Origin: the human T2T-CHM13v2.0 reference genome, Homo sapiens
Assembly: GCA_009914755.4 (NCBI GenBank)
Contig: CP086569.2
Location: 5,312,001-5,376,000, forward strand
Direction of reading: 5' to 3'
Length of the DNA stretch: 64,000 nucleotides
Shown here: positions 45,379-57,285 of the stretch, one piece after another
Position numbering within the stretch: the stretch's first letter is position 1
How the letters are laid out: every line of letters starts with the position of its first letter
The notes under the pieces: generated by a model
Databases searched by the model: none
Told to the model about the DNA's origin: nothing
Seen by the model: the letters and a program-made list of their open reading frames with translations, nothing else
Program-made: the position numbers and the translations under genes

Positions 45379-46644
45379 ACACATAATAAGTTTCACAGGT
45401 GACTCAGTATTTGAATATGCAGCATTCAAAACATCACAATTTAATCTTGACATTGTTCTTCCATCATAACGCAGGTTGAGTTGTTTTTTTCCCTGCCCAT
45501 TTTTCTATGTGCCCAGACATATTGTAGAAAATAAAGTTGCTGAATGACTAAGTGAATGAGTTGTCTTTTAAAAAGGCACATGCTCATAGAAGAGTTACAT
45601 TGTTACTAATAGCATAATATAAAAGAATATATCAAATAATGTTTAAACTCTCTGAAAATATGGAGTTCATTAGGAAGGAACTGGTTAAAGAGTAAATTAG
45701 ATTAAGACTTATGTGCTTGAAGTTCTATATGAAAACAAGAAAAAAAATAAGGTCATCCACTGCTACACTCAACTTATGAGTGATTTGTCATGCTTTCCAG
45801 GACTAAGGAGATAAGATCAATTCTTTGTAAAGTATCATAAATCCTACTAAAAACTCTTGGAAAAATATTGGTGTAAACTCCTCTAAGTAGAAAAGATAAG
45901 AATAAATTTGAGATGATTAACTTTCTATCAAAACATTTTTCTTCCATTCTATAGACTAGTGTTTTGTTTATATTTGTCTTAGTAATTAAATAATTATAGA
46001 TAGTTTCAGAATAACTTGCTGGTATCTTAACTTAATTGATCTTGATTAAGTAATCATGTTTATTTTAAGATATTAATTGCTATGTCAAGTAACAGTCAAA
46101 CATAATTATCTTTGCTAGGTTTTAAAATTTGTTTCTAACATTTAATATTTGAGAAATTATGAGTCATATAATTAAATTTTGTTTAAAATTTAAGCTATGG
46201 GAACACTTTTTACATTTAATAATTATAATTTAAAATCCTTGCCAAAATTTCCATTGGGCATCTAGTTGATTTTACTTGTCATTGATTCAAAATAACAAGC
46301 AGCCACTTAGTAGATGTGTGGGAGGACATTTGGGTATTTTGTAATTAACTCAAAGGCTTTTGTATGAAAAAAGTGATGTCAAAAAAATCTGAAAATTATG
46401 TTCATGTGTATTGAGATGAGTGCATTGGGAAATTTATGAAAACAGAATCATTTGCAGGATTAAGAAAAAAGAATAAATAAAATGCTACATAATATGATCT
46501 ACATTTCTGAATGTTTATGACTAATCAAATATTGATGCTTGTTAAAAAGCCTTTAAAAAAATACAAATAGAGCAAAGGAAGAGCAAGATTGTGAAATATA
46601 AGCCTACGCTGTTTATCCCCCAAAAGGAATACCAAATTTTAACA

Positions 46645-46667
46645 AGTATCTTTACACACACACACAC
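46645..46667. repeat. (AC)n microsatellite, ~11 units
   Basis: 'acacacacacacacacacacacc'. It lies inside the first ~120 bp of the L1 5'UTR if the L1 starts near 46530. Confidence 0.9.
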
Positions 46668-49145
46668 ACACACCACTGTCATAAGAACCAAAATTTAAGT
46701 GAGCAATCATAGTACATGGTTTTAATATCATATCATTAAAAGAGGCACTGAGGAGGGGAGAAGAGACAGTCTTGAATTACTGATGCCACCTCTCCTTCAT
46801 CTAATAGCAGAGGTCTTGTGGTGCAGAAAGAGAAACTGTGCACTTTAGGGAGGAATATTGCAGTGACTGGGGACTTTACATTGAACTTAGTCCTGCCCTG
46901 TCATAGTGGAGAATGAAGCTGTGCTGGGCTTAGCCATCCCTTGCACATTGAGGGAGCATTTGGACCAGACCTAGCCAGAGGGGTGTTCTGGTGGTCAGAA
47001 CTTGAGTTTCTCAGCAAGCCTTGCCATCACAAACCGAATTGCTCGGGGTTTCTAGGTAAACATGAAAGGCAATGTGAGACACGAGGAATGCAATTGCTAG
47101 GCAACTCCTAGTGCTAGGCTGGGCTTAGAGTCAGTGAATTAGAGTGGCATGTGACCTAGGCAGACACCAGCTGGGGCAGCTAAGGGAGTCCTTGTGCCAC
47201 CCCTCTCCCAAGCCCAGACAGTGCAGCTCGCAACAATAAAGTGACTCCTTCCTTCTTCTTGAGGCAAGGAAAGCAAAGAGTAAAAGGGACTTTTATTATG
47301 CATTTTGGATACCAGCTCAGCCACAGTAGGATAGGGCAATGGGCAGAATTGTGAGTCCCCCTTTCTAGGCTCTATCTCACAGATGACTTATCTAGATACA
47401 ACCAGGGCTGGAAGCAAACCCATGGCCTTGAAGGGAAGGAACCAGTTCTGGCAGTTAGTCATAAACTGCTGACTAAAGAAACCTTGGGCTCTGAATAACC
47501 AGCAGTGACTCATGTAGTGTTCCATGGGTGGTGGGTTCTGAGATACGCTGGCTTCGGGTGTGACCCAGCACATTTCCAGCTGTGCTGGCTACATTGAAAG
47601 ACTCCAACTGTTTGAGAAAAGCAAAAGGAAAAGTTAAAGAAACATTGTTTTCTACCAGCTCATCCACAGCAGTTGGAGCAACAAGCAGGCCCTTGCTTTC
47701 CTTGTGTACAGACCTAGGTTCTTGGACATCATTTATGGACCTGCCCTAGGCCAAAGGGAAGACCACTGCCCTGAAGACTGAGTGCTAGACCTGACAGCAG
47801 TCACCACAAGCTGACTTGGTCTTTAAGTGAACATCAGTGGTGATCTGGCTGAACACCCATGAACTGGCAGTGGTTATGGCCACAGGGAGAAACTCCTCTG
47901 CCTTTGTAAAGGGGATGGAAGATGTAGAAGGACTTTGTTTTCTTGTGTGAGTGCCAGCTTAGCCACAATGGAAGAGAACATCAGGTAAACTGGTGAAACT
48001 TTTGATGCCAAGTCCTGGCTCCTAGACATCACTGGACATCTCCAAGTCCTGGGGAAATCCATCACCCTTAAGAAAAGCATCTTGGGCAAGACCCAGTGCT
48101 GTGCTGGCTTCAGATCTGGTGCAGCACAGTCTCAGTGATAGTGGCCATGGAGGTGCTTGCATCACAACATCCCCGGCCTCACATGGCTCAACACAGAAAG
48201 AGAGACTCTGTTTATTTGGGAGAAAGTAAGGGAAGACAATATGAGTCTCTTCCTGGTAATCTAGAGAATTCTTTTGGATCTTATTTAAGACTACCAAGGC
48301 AGTAGCTCTAGGAGTCCACAAAAACCACAGTGTTAGTGGGCTTGAAGCCCAAATCCTTTCAAATACCTGGATAGCCTTACCAAGAAGGACAATCCCAGGC
48401 TGTGAAAACTACAATAAATACCTGACTATTCAAAGCTCAGACATTAATGAACTTGTACGAGCATCAACACCACCCAAGAAAGTTTGCCCTCACCAAATGA
48501 ACTAAATAAGGCACCGGGGACCAATCCTAGAAAAATAGAGATATATGACTTTTTAGATAGAGAATTCAAAATAGCTGTGTTAAGGAATCTCAAAGAAATT
48601 CAAGATAACACAGAGAAGTTATTCAAAATTCTATCCAATAAATTTAACAAAGAGATTAAAATAATTAAAAGGAATCAACCAGAAATTCTGGAGCTGAAAA
48701 ATTCAATTGACATACTGAAGAATGCATCCATCTTTGAATCACAGAATGCATCAAGCAGAAGAAAGAATTAGTGAGCTTGAAGAAAGGCTATAAAAAATAC
48801 AAAGTCAGATGGGACAAAAATAATTAAAAAAAACAAAGAAGTATCACTACATTATCTAGATAAATAGCCTCAAAAGCACTAATCTAAGAGTTATTGGCCT
48901 TAAAGGGGAGGTAGGGAAAGAGGTATAGGCAGAAAGTTTTCTCAAAGGGATAATATCAGAGAACTCCCTAAACCTATCAAAAGATATCAGCATTCAAGTA
49001 TAAGAAGGTTACAGAGCACCAGGCAGATTTAACCCAAAGAAGACTATGTCTAGGCATTTAATAACCACACTCCCAAAGGTCATTGATAAGGAAAGAATCC
49101 TAAAAGCAGCAAGAGAAAAGAAAAAACTAACATAAAATAGAGCTC

Positions 49146-50251
49146 TGTATTAGTTTATTCTTGCATTGCTATAAAGAAATACCAGAGATTGAGTAATTTA
49201 TAAAGAGAAGAGTTTTAACTGGCTCACAGTCATGCAGGTTGTACAGAAAGCATGATACTACTATATGCTCAGGTTCTGGGGAGACATCAGGAAACTTACC
49301 ATCATAGCAAAAGGCAAAGGGGGAACAAATACCTCACATGGCAAAAGCAGGAGCAAGAGAGTGAGTTTAGAGGTGCTACACACTTTTAAACAACCAGATC
49401 TCAGGAGAACTCACTCTTTATTGTGAGGACAGTACTGAGGGAATGATGCCAAACCATTCATAAGAAATCAGCTTCCGTGATCCAATCACCTTCCACCAGG
49501 CCCCACCCCCAATATTGTGGATTACATTTTAATATGAGGTGTGGGCAGGGACAACTATATTATTCTGAAGCTGGCCTCTCCCAAATCTCATCTTCTTCTA
49601 ACATTTCAAAATGCAATCACGCCTTTCCAATAATCCCACAAAGTCTTAATTCATTTCAGTGTTAACTCAAAAGTTCAAAGTCCAAAGTCTCATCTGCTTG
49701 AATTTCTCTCCTGAAAAAGCTTTTTTTTTTCTCTGTGATATGGCCAGGCTGAAAAATTTTCAAACTTTTACATTATGCTTCCCTTTTAAATATAAGTTTC
49801 AGCTTTAAGTCATTTATTTACTCCCACATATGAACACAGGCTATTAGAAGCAGCCAGGTCAAATCTTGAATGCTTTGCTGCTGAGAAATTTCTTCCACCA
49901 GATGCCCTAAATCATCACTCTCAAGTTCAAAGTTTCACAGATCCCCAAGCCAGGGGCACAATGCAACCAATTTTTTTGCTAAGTCATAACAAAAGTGACC
50001 TTGGCTCCATTTCCCAATAAGTTTCTCATTTCCATCTGAGATCTCCTCAACCTGGACTTCATTGTTTCTATGACTATCAGCATTGTGGTCACAACAATTT
50101 AACCAGTCACTAAAAAGTTTCAAACATTCCCTCATCTTCCTGTCTTCTTCTGAACCCTCCACACTCTTCCAGTTTCTGTCTGCTACCCAATTCCAAAGTT
50201 GTTTCCAGATTTCAGGTATCTTTAGAAAAATTCCCAACTCCTTGGTACCGT

Positions 50252-50300
<49 letters not shown>

Positions 50301-50699
50301 TGAAATAGCTGACACTGGGAAATTTATAAAGTAAAAAGGTTTAATTGTCTCACTGTTATACAGGCTGCACAGAAAGCATGATGCTGGCATATGCTCAGCA
50401 TCTGGGAAGGCCTCAGAAAACTTACAATCATGGTCAAAGGCAATGGGGGAGCAATTATGTCACATGGCAAAAGCATGAGCAAGAGAGTGAGGAGAGAGGT
50501 GCAACACACTTTTAAATGGCTAGATCTCAGAAGTACTCACTCTCTATCAGGGGGATGGCACCAAGAAGGATGGTGTTAATCCTTTTATGAGAAATCTTCC
50601 CCCATGGTTCAATCACCTCCCTCCCTGGCCCCATCTCCAATATATGAGATTACATTTCAATGTAAGATTTGGGCCAGGAAGCACATTCAAATTATATCA
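49146..50699 (-). mobile_element. ERVL-MaLR element (MST/THE1-type) with both LTRs and a shortened (~0.7 kb) internal region carrying a 47-nt T run; nested in L1 ORF1 with 5-bp TSD 'agctc'
   Basis: 5'-side LTR (in + coordinates) 49146-~49562: 'tgtattagtttattcttgcattgctataaagaaataccagagattgagtaatttataaagagaagagttttaactggctcacagtcatgcaggttgtacagaaagcatgatactactatatgctcaggttctggggagacatcaggaaacttaccatcatagcaaaaggcaaagggggaacaaatacctcacatggcaaaagcaggagcaagagagtgagtttagaggtgctacacacttttaaacaaccagatctcaggagaactcactc...'. Second LTR 50300-50699: '..gtttaattgtctcactgttatacaggctgcacagaaagcatgatgctggcatatgctcagcatctgggaaggcctcagaaaacttacaatcatggtcaaaggcaatgggggagcaattatgtcacatggcaaaagcatgagcaagagagtgaggagagaggtgcaacacacttttaaatggctagatctcagaagtactcactctctatcaggg...attatatca'. 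The internal region is similar to 44480-45010 of the other MaLR. 'agctc' sits at 49141-49145 and 50700-50704, and the L1 ORF1 frame is continuous across the insertion once one TSD copy is removed. Confidence 0.75.
50253..50299. repeat. Pure T47 mononucleotide tract (poly(A) on the MaLR sense strand)
   Basis: 'gtaccgtg' + T47 + 'gtgaaatagctgacactggg'. Confidence 0.95.
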
Positions 50700-53600
50700 A
50701 GCTCCAACAGGTCTGGCAGCAGACTTTTTCTGGAAACCTTACAGGCCAGAAAAGAGTGACATCACATATTTAAAGTACTGAAGGAAAAAAACTTTTACTT
50801 TCAAATAGTATATCTAGTGAAAATATACTTCAGGCATGAAGAAGAAATAAAGACATTCCCAGACAAACAAAAGCTGAGAGATTTCATCAACACCAAACCT
50901 ATCCTACATGAAATGCTGAAAGGTGTTCTTCAGTTTGAAAGAAAAATATATTAATGTGCTAAAAGAAACCATCTTAAGATAAAAAACTCACTGGTAATAG
51001 TAAGCACACAGAAAAACAGAATAGTACAACACTGTAATGGTGGTGTGTAAACTGCTCTTAAGTAGAAAGACTAAATAACAAACCAATAAAAAATAATGAT
51101 GAAAACGAGGAAACTACTAGAACTGATAAACAAATTCAGTACAGTTGCAGGATACAAAGTCAGCATACAAAAATCAATAGCATTTCTATATGTCACCAGG
51201 AGACAATCTGAAAAAGAAATAAAATAATACTCCCATCTACAATAGCCACAAGTAAAATTAAATATCTAGGAATTGGCAAAAAAAGTGAAAAGTCTCCACA
51301 ATAAACTCATAAAATTCTGATAAAAGTAACTGAAGAGGACACCAAAAAATGGAAATATATTTCATGTTCATGGATTGGAAGAATCAATATTCTCAAAATG
51401 TCCATACTACCCAAAGTAATCTACAGATTCAATGCAATCCCTATTCAACTATCAGTCACGCTTTTTCACAGAAATAGAAGAAAACAATCCTAAAATGTAT
51501 ATGGTTTATCAAAAGACCTAAATAGTCTAAGCTATTCTGAGCCAAAAGGAAAAAAATGGAGGAATCACTTCACCTTGCTTCAAATTATACTACAGAACTA
51601 TAGTAACCAAAACAGTATGTACTTGTACAAAAACAGACACATAGACCAAGGGAACAGAATAGAGAACTCAGAAATAAATTCACACACCTACAGTGTACTA
51701 GTTTTCAACAAAAGTGCCAAGAATATACACTGAGGAAAAGCCACTCTCTTCAAAAAATTGTGCTAGGAAAACTTAATTCAGAGATGCTGAAGAATAAAAC
51801 TAGACCCCTATCTCTAACCACATATAAAAATCAAATTATAATGGATTACATACTTTAAGAACTCAAACTATAAAATTACTAGGAGAAAATATTGAAGAAA
51901 CTCTCCAAGACATTGATCTGTGCAGAAATTTCTTAAGTAATACCTCACAAGCACAGGCAACCAAAGCAAAAATGGACCAATGGGATTTGGTCATCAAATT
52001 AAAACTTCTGCACAGCAAAGGATACAATAAACAAAGGGAAGAGACAACCTGCAGAGTGTGAGAAAATATTTGCAAACTACCCATTTGACAAGGGATTAAT
52101 AACCAGAATACATAAGGAGCTCAAACAACTCTATACAAAGAAAATCTTATAATCTGATAAAATAAGAACAGAAGATCTGAATAGACATTTCTCAAAAGAA
52201 TACACACAAATGACAAACAGGCATATGAAAAGGTGCTTCACATCACTGATTATCAGAGAAACACAAATTAGAATTATAATAAGATATTATCTCATCCCAG
52301 TTAAAGTAATTTTTTTAAATGTCAGGCAATGACAAATTCTGGTGAGTATGTGGAGAAAAGGGAAACCTCTTTCATTGTTGGTTGGAATGTAAATTAGTAC
52401 AACCACAATAGAGAGTGCTTTGGAGGTTCCTCAAAAATAAAAAAAAAAAGAAAGAAACAAAAGCTATTATATTATCCAGCAATTCTACTGCTGGGTACAC
52501 ACCCAAAAGAATGAAAACTAGTATATCTAATAGATATTGGCTCTCCCATGTTTGTTACAGAACTGTTTACAATAGCCAATATTTGGAGACAACCCAAGGG
52601 TCTTTCAACTGATAAATGCATAAAGAAAATGTGATACATATACACAATGATGTACTATTCAGCCATATTAAAGAATGAGATCCAATCATTTGCAACAACA
52701 TAGATGGAGCTGGAGGTCATTATGTTAAGTAAAATAAGCCAGGCACAGAAACACAAATATTGCACATTCTCATTTATTCGTGCAATCTAAAAGTCAAAAC
52801 AATTAAGTTTATAGAGATAGAGAGTAAAAGGATAGTTACCAGTAGCTGGAAAGGGTAGTGGGGTTTGGGGGGAATGCTGGGATGGTTAAGAGAAACCAAA
52901 AACAATTAGAAAAAATGAATAAGACCTACTATTTGATAGAACAACAGAGGACTACAGTCAATAATAATTTAATTGTACATTTTATAGTAACTGAAATAGT
53001 ATAATTGGATTGTTTGTAATACAAAGGATAAATGTCTGAGTAGATAGATACCCAACATTCCATGGTATGACTATTACACATTGCATGCCTGTACCATAAT
53101 GTCTGATGTACCTCATAAATATGTACACCTGCTATTTACCTACAAAAATTAAAAATTTTGAACAATATGCTTAGTTCATATTAACCAAGGGTGGATATAA
53201 ATTTTAGATATACTATAAATTTTTTGAAATGTTAATCTAGTGAGTGTGACTTTGTATACAAAATCTAGATAGATATGATGTCAACAGGATTTCACAGGAA
53301 AAGTTCAATTAAAAAAAAGAAGTTGGCTTTTTGTGGTGGTTGCTGTTTTGGTTTGAGCATTACCAAGTAGTCGGCTCTATGAAATCCAAACGAATCCACC
53401 AAGTCATATCAATATCACAAATTTATTTAAGCTCTGGTAGACACAACAGAGTAGAGCATGGACTTATTAACTATAATTTTATATTATTTAAACATTAGAT
53501 GATCAAGTGAAATACATTTGAGAATGCAACAGCCAACTATCAAATCAAAACATGATGAATAAGTTTGTTCTATTAATATTTTATTGAAAATAGTGAGTTA

Positions 53601-54160
53601 TCTTAACCTCTTTTAGATTTGTAATTAATGCAGAAAGGAAAGGGAAAATATAATTACAAATAAATGTTTAGTTATTTAAGCAAACATGTACATACACATC
53701 TGTCTAAGCATATTTAGATGAACTAAATCCAGATTTAGAAATACAGCCTTTGAAGAACCACCTGAATAAATGTTTTTCTACACCTTAAAATATACTTTAT
53801 TACCCAGAGGAATATGATGAAACTAATGCTTAATGAAACTACTTACTCCCTCCAAAATGTGCCTACATTTCAATTGTATAAAAATGCAAAAAGCCTATTT
53901 TCACTTTATTGTTACATATTTTAAAAGTACTAAGTATTTGAAGGGCACTGAGCATTTAACTTTAACATCTCCCTTTTTGCCAGTTAGAAAAGTGATATGA
54001 ACTTTTTATTGAGTTGTTGCACCCCACTGATTTCCTGAAATACTCAAAATGTCATGTATTTTGTAAATTTTAATATTTTGTTAAACGACTAGAATTACTC
54101 TAAAATATCCTAAAGCAACACTTGGAAATCATCCTTCACCAGAGATAAGAAGTGTTCATG

Positions 54161-54967
54161 AGTTCTCTATTCTGTTCCATTGGTCTATGTGTCTGTTCTA
54201 GTACCAGTACCATGCTGTTTTGGTTACCGTAGCCTTGTAGTATAGTTTGAAGTCAGATAGCATGATGCCTCCAGCTTTGTTCTTTTTGCTTAGGATTTTC
54301 TGGTCTATACAGGCTCCTTTTTAGTTCCATATGAATTTTAAGATAGTTTTATTTTTAATTCTGTGAAGAATGTCAATGGTACTTTAATAGGAATAAGCAT
54401 TGAACGAATAAATTATTTGGGGCAGTACGGCCATTTTCACAATATTGATACTTCCTATCCATGAGCAAGGGATGTTTTTTCATTTGTTTGTGTCCTCCCT
54501 GATTTCCTTGAGCAGTGGTTTGTAGTTCTCTTTCAAGAAGTCCTTCCTTCCTTTGTTAGCTGTATTCCTAGGTATTTTTCTCTTTGTAGCAATTGTGAAT
54601 AGGAAATCATTCATGATTTGGCTCTTTGCTTGCCTGTTGTTGGTGTATTGGAATGCTAGCGACTTTTGTACATTGATTTTGTATCCTGAGACTGCTGAAG
54701 TTGCTTAGCAGCTTAAGAAGCTTTTGGGCTGAGATCATGGGGTTTTCTAGATACAGGATCATGTCATCTGCAAACAAAAACAATTTGACTTTCTCTCTTC
54801 CTATTTGAATACGCTACATTTTCTTCTCCTGCCAGATTGCCCTGGCCAGAACCTCCAATACTATATTGAATAGGAGTAGTGAGAGAGGACAGCCTTGTCT
54901 TGTGCTGGTTTTCATGGGGAATGCTTCCAGCTTTTGCCCATTCAGTATTATATTGGCTGTTGGTTTG
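54161..54967 (-). mobile_element. L1PA-type L1, inverted 5' segment of a twin-primed insertion (antisense of ORF2, ~ORF2 aa 620-1010)
   Basis: 'gagttctctattctgttccattggtctatgtgtctgttctagtaccagtaccatgctgttttggttaccgtagccttgtagtatagtttgaagtcagatagcatgatgcctccagctttgttc...ggggcagtacggccattttcacaatattgatacttcctatccatgagcaagggatgtttttt...gggctgagatcatggggttttctagatacaggatcatgtcatctgcaaacaaaaacaatttgactttctctcttcctatttgaatacgct.cattttcttctcctgccagattgccctggccagaacctccaatactatattgaataggagtagtgagagaggacagccttgtcttgtgctggttttcatggggaatgcttccagcttttgcccattcagtattatattggctgt'. This is the reverse complement of L1 ORF2. The minus ORF 54814..55074 reads ..[46 protein letters not shown]. Confidence 0.75.
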
Positions 54968-55228
54968 TTCTCACTTATACATGGGAGCTGAATGATGAGA
55001 ACACATGGGCACATGGGTGGGAACAACACACACTGGGGCCTGCTGGAGGAGGAGGGTGGTGGGAGGGAGAGCATCAGGAAAAATAGCTAATGGATGCTGG
55101 GCTTCATACCTAGATGATGGGATGATCCATGGGACAAACCACCATGGCACACGTTTACATATGTAGCAAACCTGCACATCCTGTACATGTACCCCTGAAC
55201 TTAAAATAAAAGTTGAAGAAAAAAAAGA
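54968..55228 (+). mobile_element. L1PA-type L1 3' end in sense orientation (last ~260 bp + short poly(A)), the 3' segment of the same twin-primed insertion
   Basis: 'ttctcacttatacatgggagctgaatgatgagaacacatgggcacatgggtgggaacaacacacactggggcctgctggaggaggagggtggtgggagggagagcatcaggaaaaatagctaatggatgctgggcttcatacctagatgatgggatgatccatgggacaaaccaccatggcacacgtttacatatgtagcaaacctgcacatcctgtacatgtacccctgaacttaaaataaaagttgaagaaaaaaaag' matches the L1PA 3'UTR. It joins directly to the inverted segment at ~54967/54968. Confidence 0.75.
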
Positions 55229-55342
55229 TCATACAAAAAGCCCTGGCTGACTTGAGTACTAGTTTGTGCACAGAGATGATGGTATTTCAGAGCAAATGTA
55301 CTGAAATCTTCCATCCTCAATACACTACAAAAATTTTCATAG

Positions 55343-55643
<301 letters not shown>

Positions 55644-56937
55644 TCATAGTAGTCATAGTTTTTATATCACTTTAGAGTCAATATTCAGAATAATTAGAAA
55701 CTTAACAATAAAGCAAATTTCTCTACCACACACAATAAAAGAAATATCCATGAGGAATAATAGAATAAACCGTAAGTCAATTCCAGAAAAAGCTCTGCCT
55801 TTTTGAGTAATATATTGATACTTAAGTATCACTAAAACTGTTCGAAGGCTATATTTAAATATCCAGAATCTTTAAATACTATTTATTCACTGCCAGCATC
55901 ACTTTATTATGAATTCTAGAGGTAGTGTACAACCTGAAGTATCACAATTGTGCAAAAAAAATTATAATAAAACTGAAAAGGAGTCAATAACGAAACATTC
56001 AAAGAAACCCAGCCAGTTACAGGACAGGCTATTTTGTACGTCTTTAAAAATACGCTACTGCATTGTTATCAATTTCTAAATTCCCAGTCTGAAGCAATGT
56101 AAAATTTACGTAGTTGTTTATCATTTTAAATGTTTACATAATAGAAATATTTTTAAAGTTCATTTCTCTCTCATGTTCAAAGATAATGGAACCTTTCCCT
56201 CAACTTTGCTCGGGAATCTTCACTAATTAAAATTTATATTTCTGGTTCATTATTGTTATTTAAATTTAAAGGAAAGAGTTGGTAAATTGGTACATATTTA
56301 TAATATAATTTATTCATTAATCATTGGAGAGGTATTGTGCTAAGAGTGAAAGAGTACAAAATTTTGAGCCATGGGCAATGACTTAAATCCTGTTTCTTTT
56401 GCTTAATTAGCTCTTTGGCCTTAGAAATTTATTTAACCTCCTGATTTTCAGTTTCTTCATTAAATACTTGATGAGTATTTGAATTAAAATAACAATACTT
56501 TATAGGGTTGCTGTTATAATTAAATAAAACATTGCAAGGCATGCAGCAGACACTGTATTTGACATTTATGTGGCTTTTAAAAAAATGTCATTAATCCTTT
56601 ATTAAGGGCCACCTCAACACACTTGTGATTTATTTTGTTCATGGGTTAATGCACACTCAGATAAAATTGTAGAAAATACTAAACATATAGAAAACATTAA
56701 AAATAAAAATCACGCAGGTATAATCATTGCTAAAATGGTGGTGTGATACAGTGATTTATTACAATCATTTTATTACTTGATGTCTTCCTTTTTTTAACTT
56801 AACATTATACCATGAGCTCTTCCAGTGTCATTAACTATTTTTTGATATTTTGATTTTTAATGGTATATTCCACTGTATGCCTTCCATTGTATTTTGATTT
56901 CTTTGAGTAAATTAACATTTGGAATTATGTGTTCATT

Positions 56938-57285
<348 letters not shown>

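Larger units (their letters stand above)
46530..53170 (+). mobile_element. Old L1 (L1PB/L1MA-like), sense. It has a long 5'UTR to ~48483 and an ORF1 split by a nested MaLR at 49146-50699. ORF2 is heavily deleted (ORF1 end joins mid-ORF2 near ~51050). Then come the ORF2 C-terminus and 3'UTR. The 5' boundary is uncertain, roughly 46480-46600.
   Basis: The 5'UTR is the inverted counterpart of 26985-28950. For example 'ctggcttggaaaaggagtggcacaagcactctcttagctgccctagctggtgtcttcctaggtcacgtgccacttgag' at 28230-28310 is the reverse complement of '..gtggcatgtgacctaggcagacaccagctggggcagctaagggagtccttgtgccacccctctcccaagcc..' at 47145-47220. ORF1 48484..(+) reads MPSPNELNKAPGTNPRKIEIYDFLDREFKIAVLRNLKEIQDNTEKLFKILSNKFNKEIKIIKRNQPEILELKNSIDILKNASIF..., L1 ORF1p of the older type. 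It continues after the MaLR as ..APTGLAADFSGNLTGQKRV.. / ..NFYFQIVYLVKI.. ..FPDKQKLRDFINTKPILHEMLKGVLQFERKIY*. ORF2 C-terminus: ..[19 protein letters not shown]....[27 protein letters not shown]... The 3'UTR matches that at 13603-14685. Confidence 0.75.

Noticed and set aside
49935-50390. 151-aa ORF containing a run of 16 lysines.
   Set aside because: The lysine run is the T47 tract read as AAA codons. The remainder is MaLR internal sequence (see the finding on the shared ORF-like stretch). It is not a credible host gene.
54161-55228. Target-site duplication for the twin-primed L1.
   Set aside because: The flanks ('..aagaagtgttcat|' and '|atcatacaaaaagcc') show only a weak 'a(a)gaa..atca' resemblance. 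I could not convince myself of a TSD by eye, so none is claimed.
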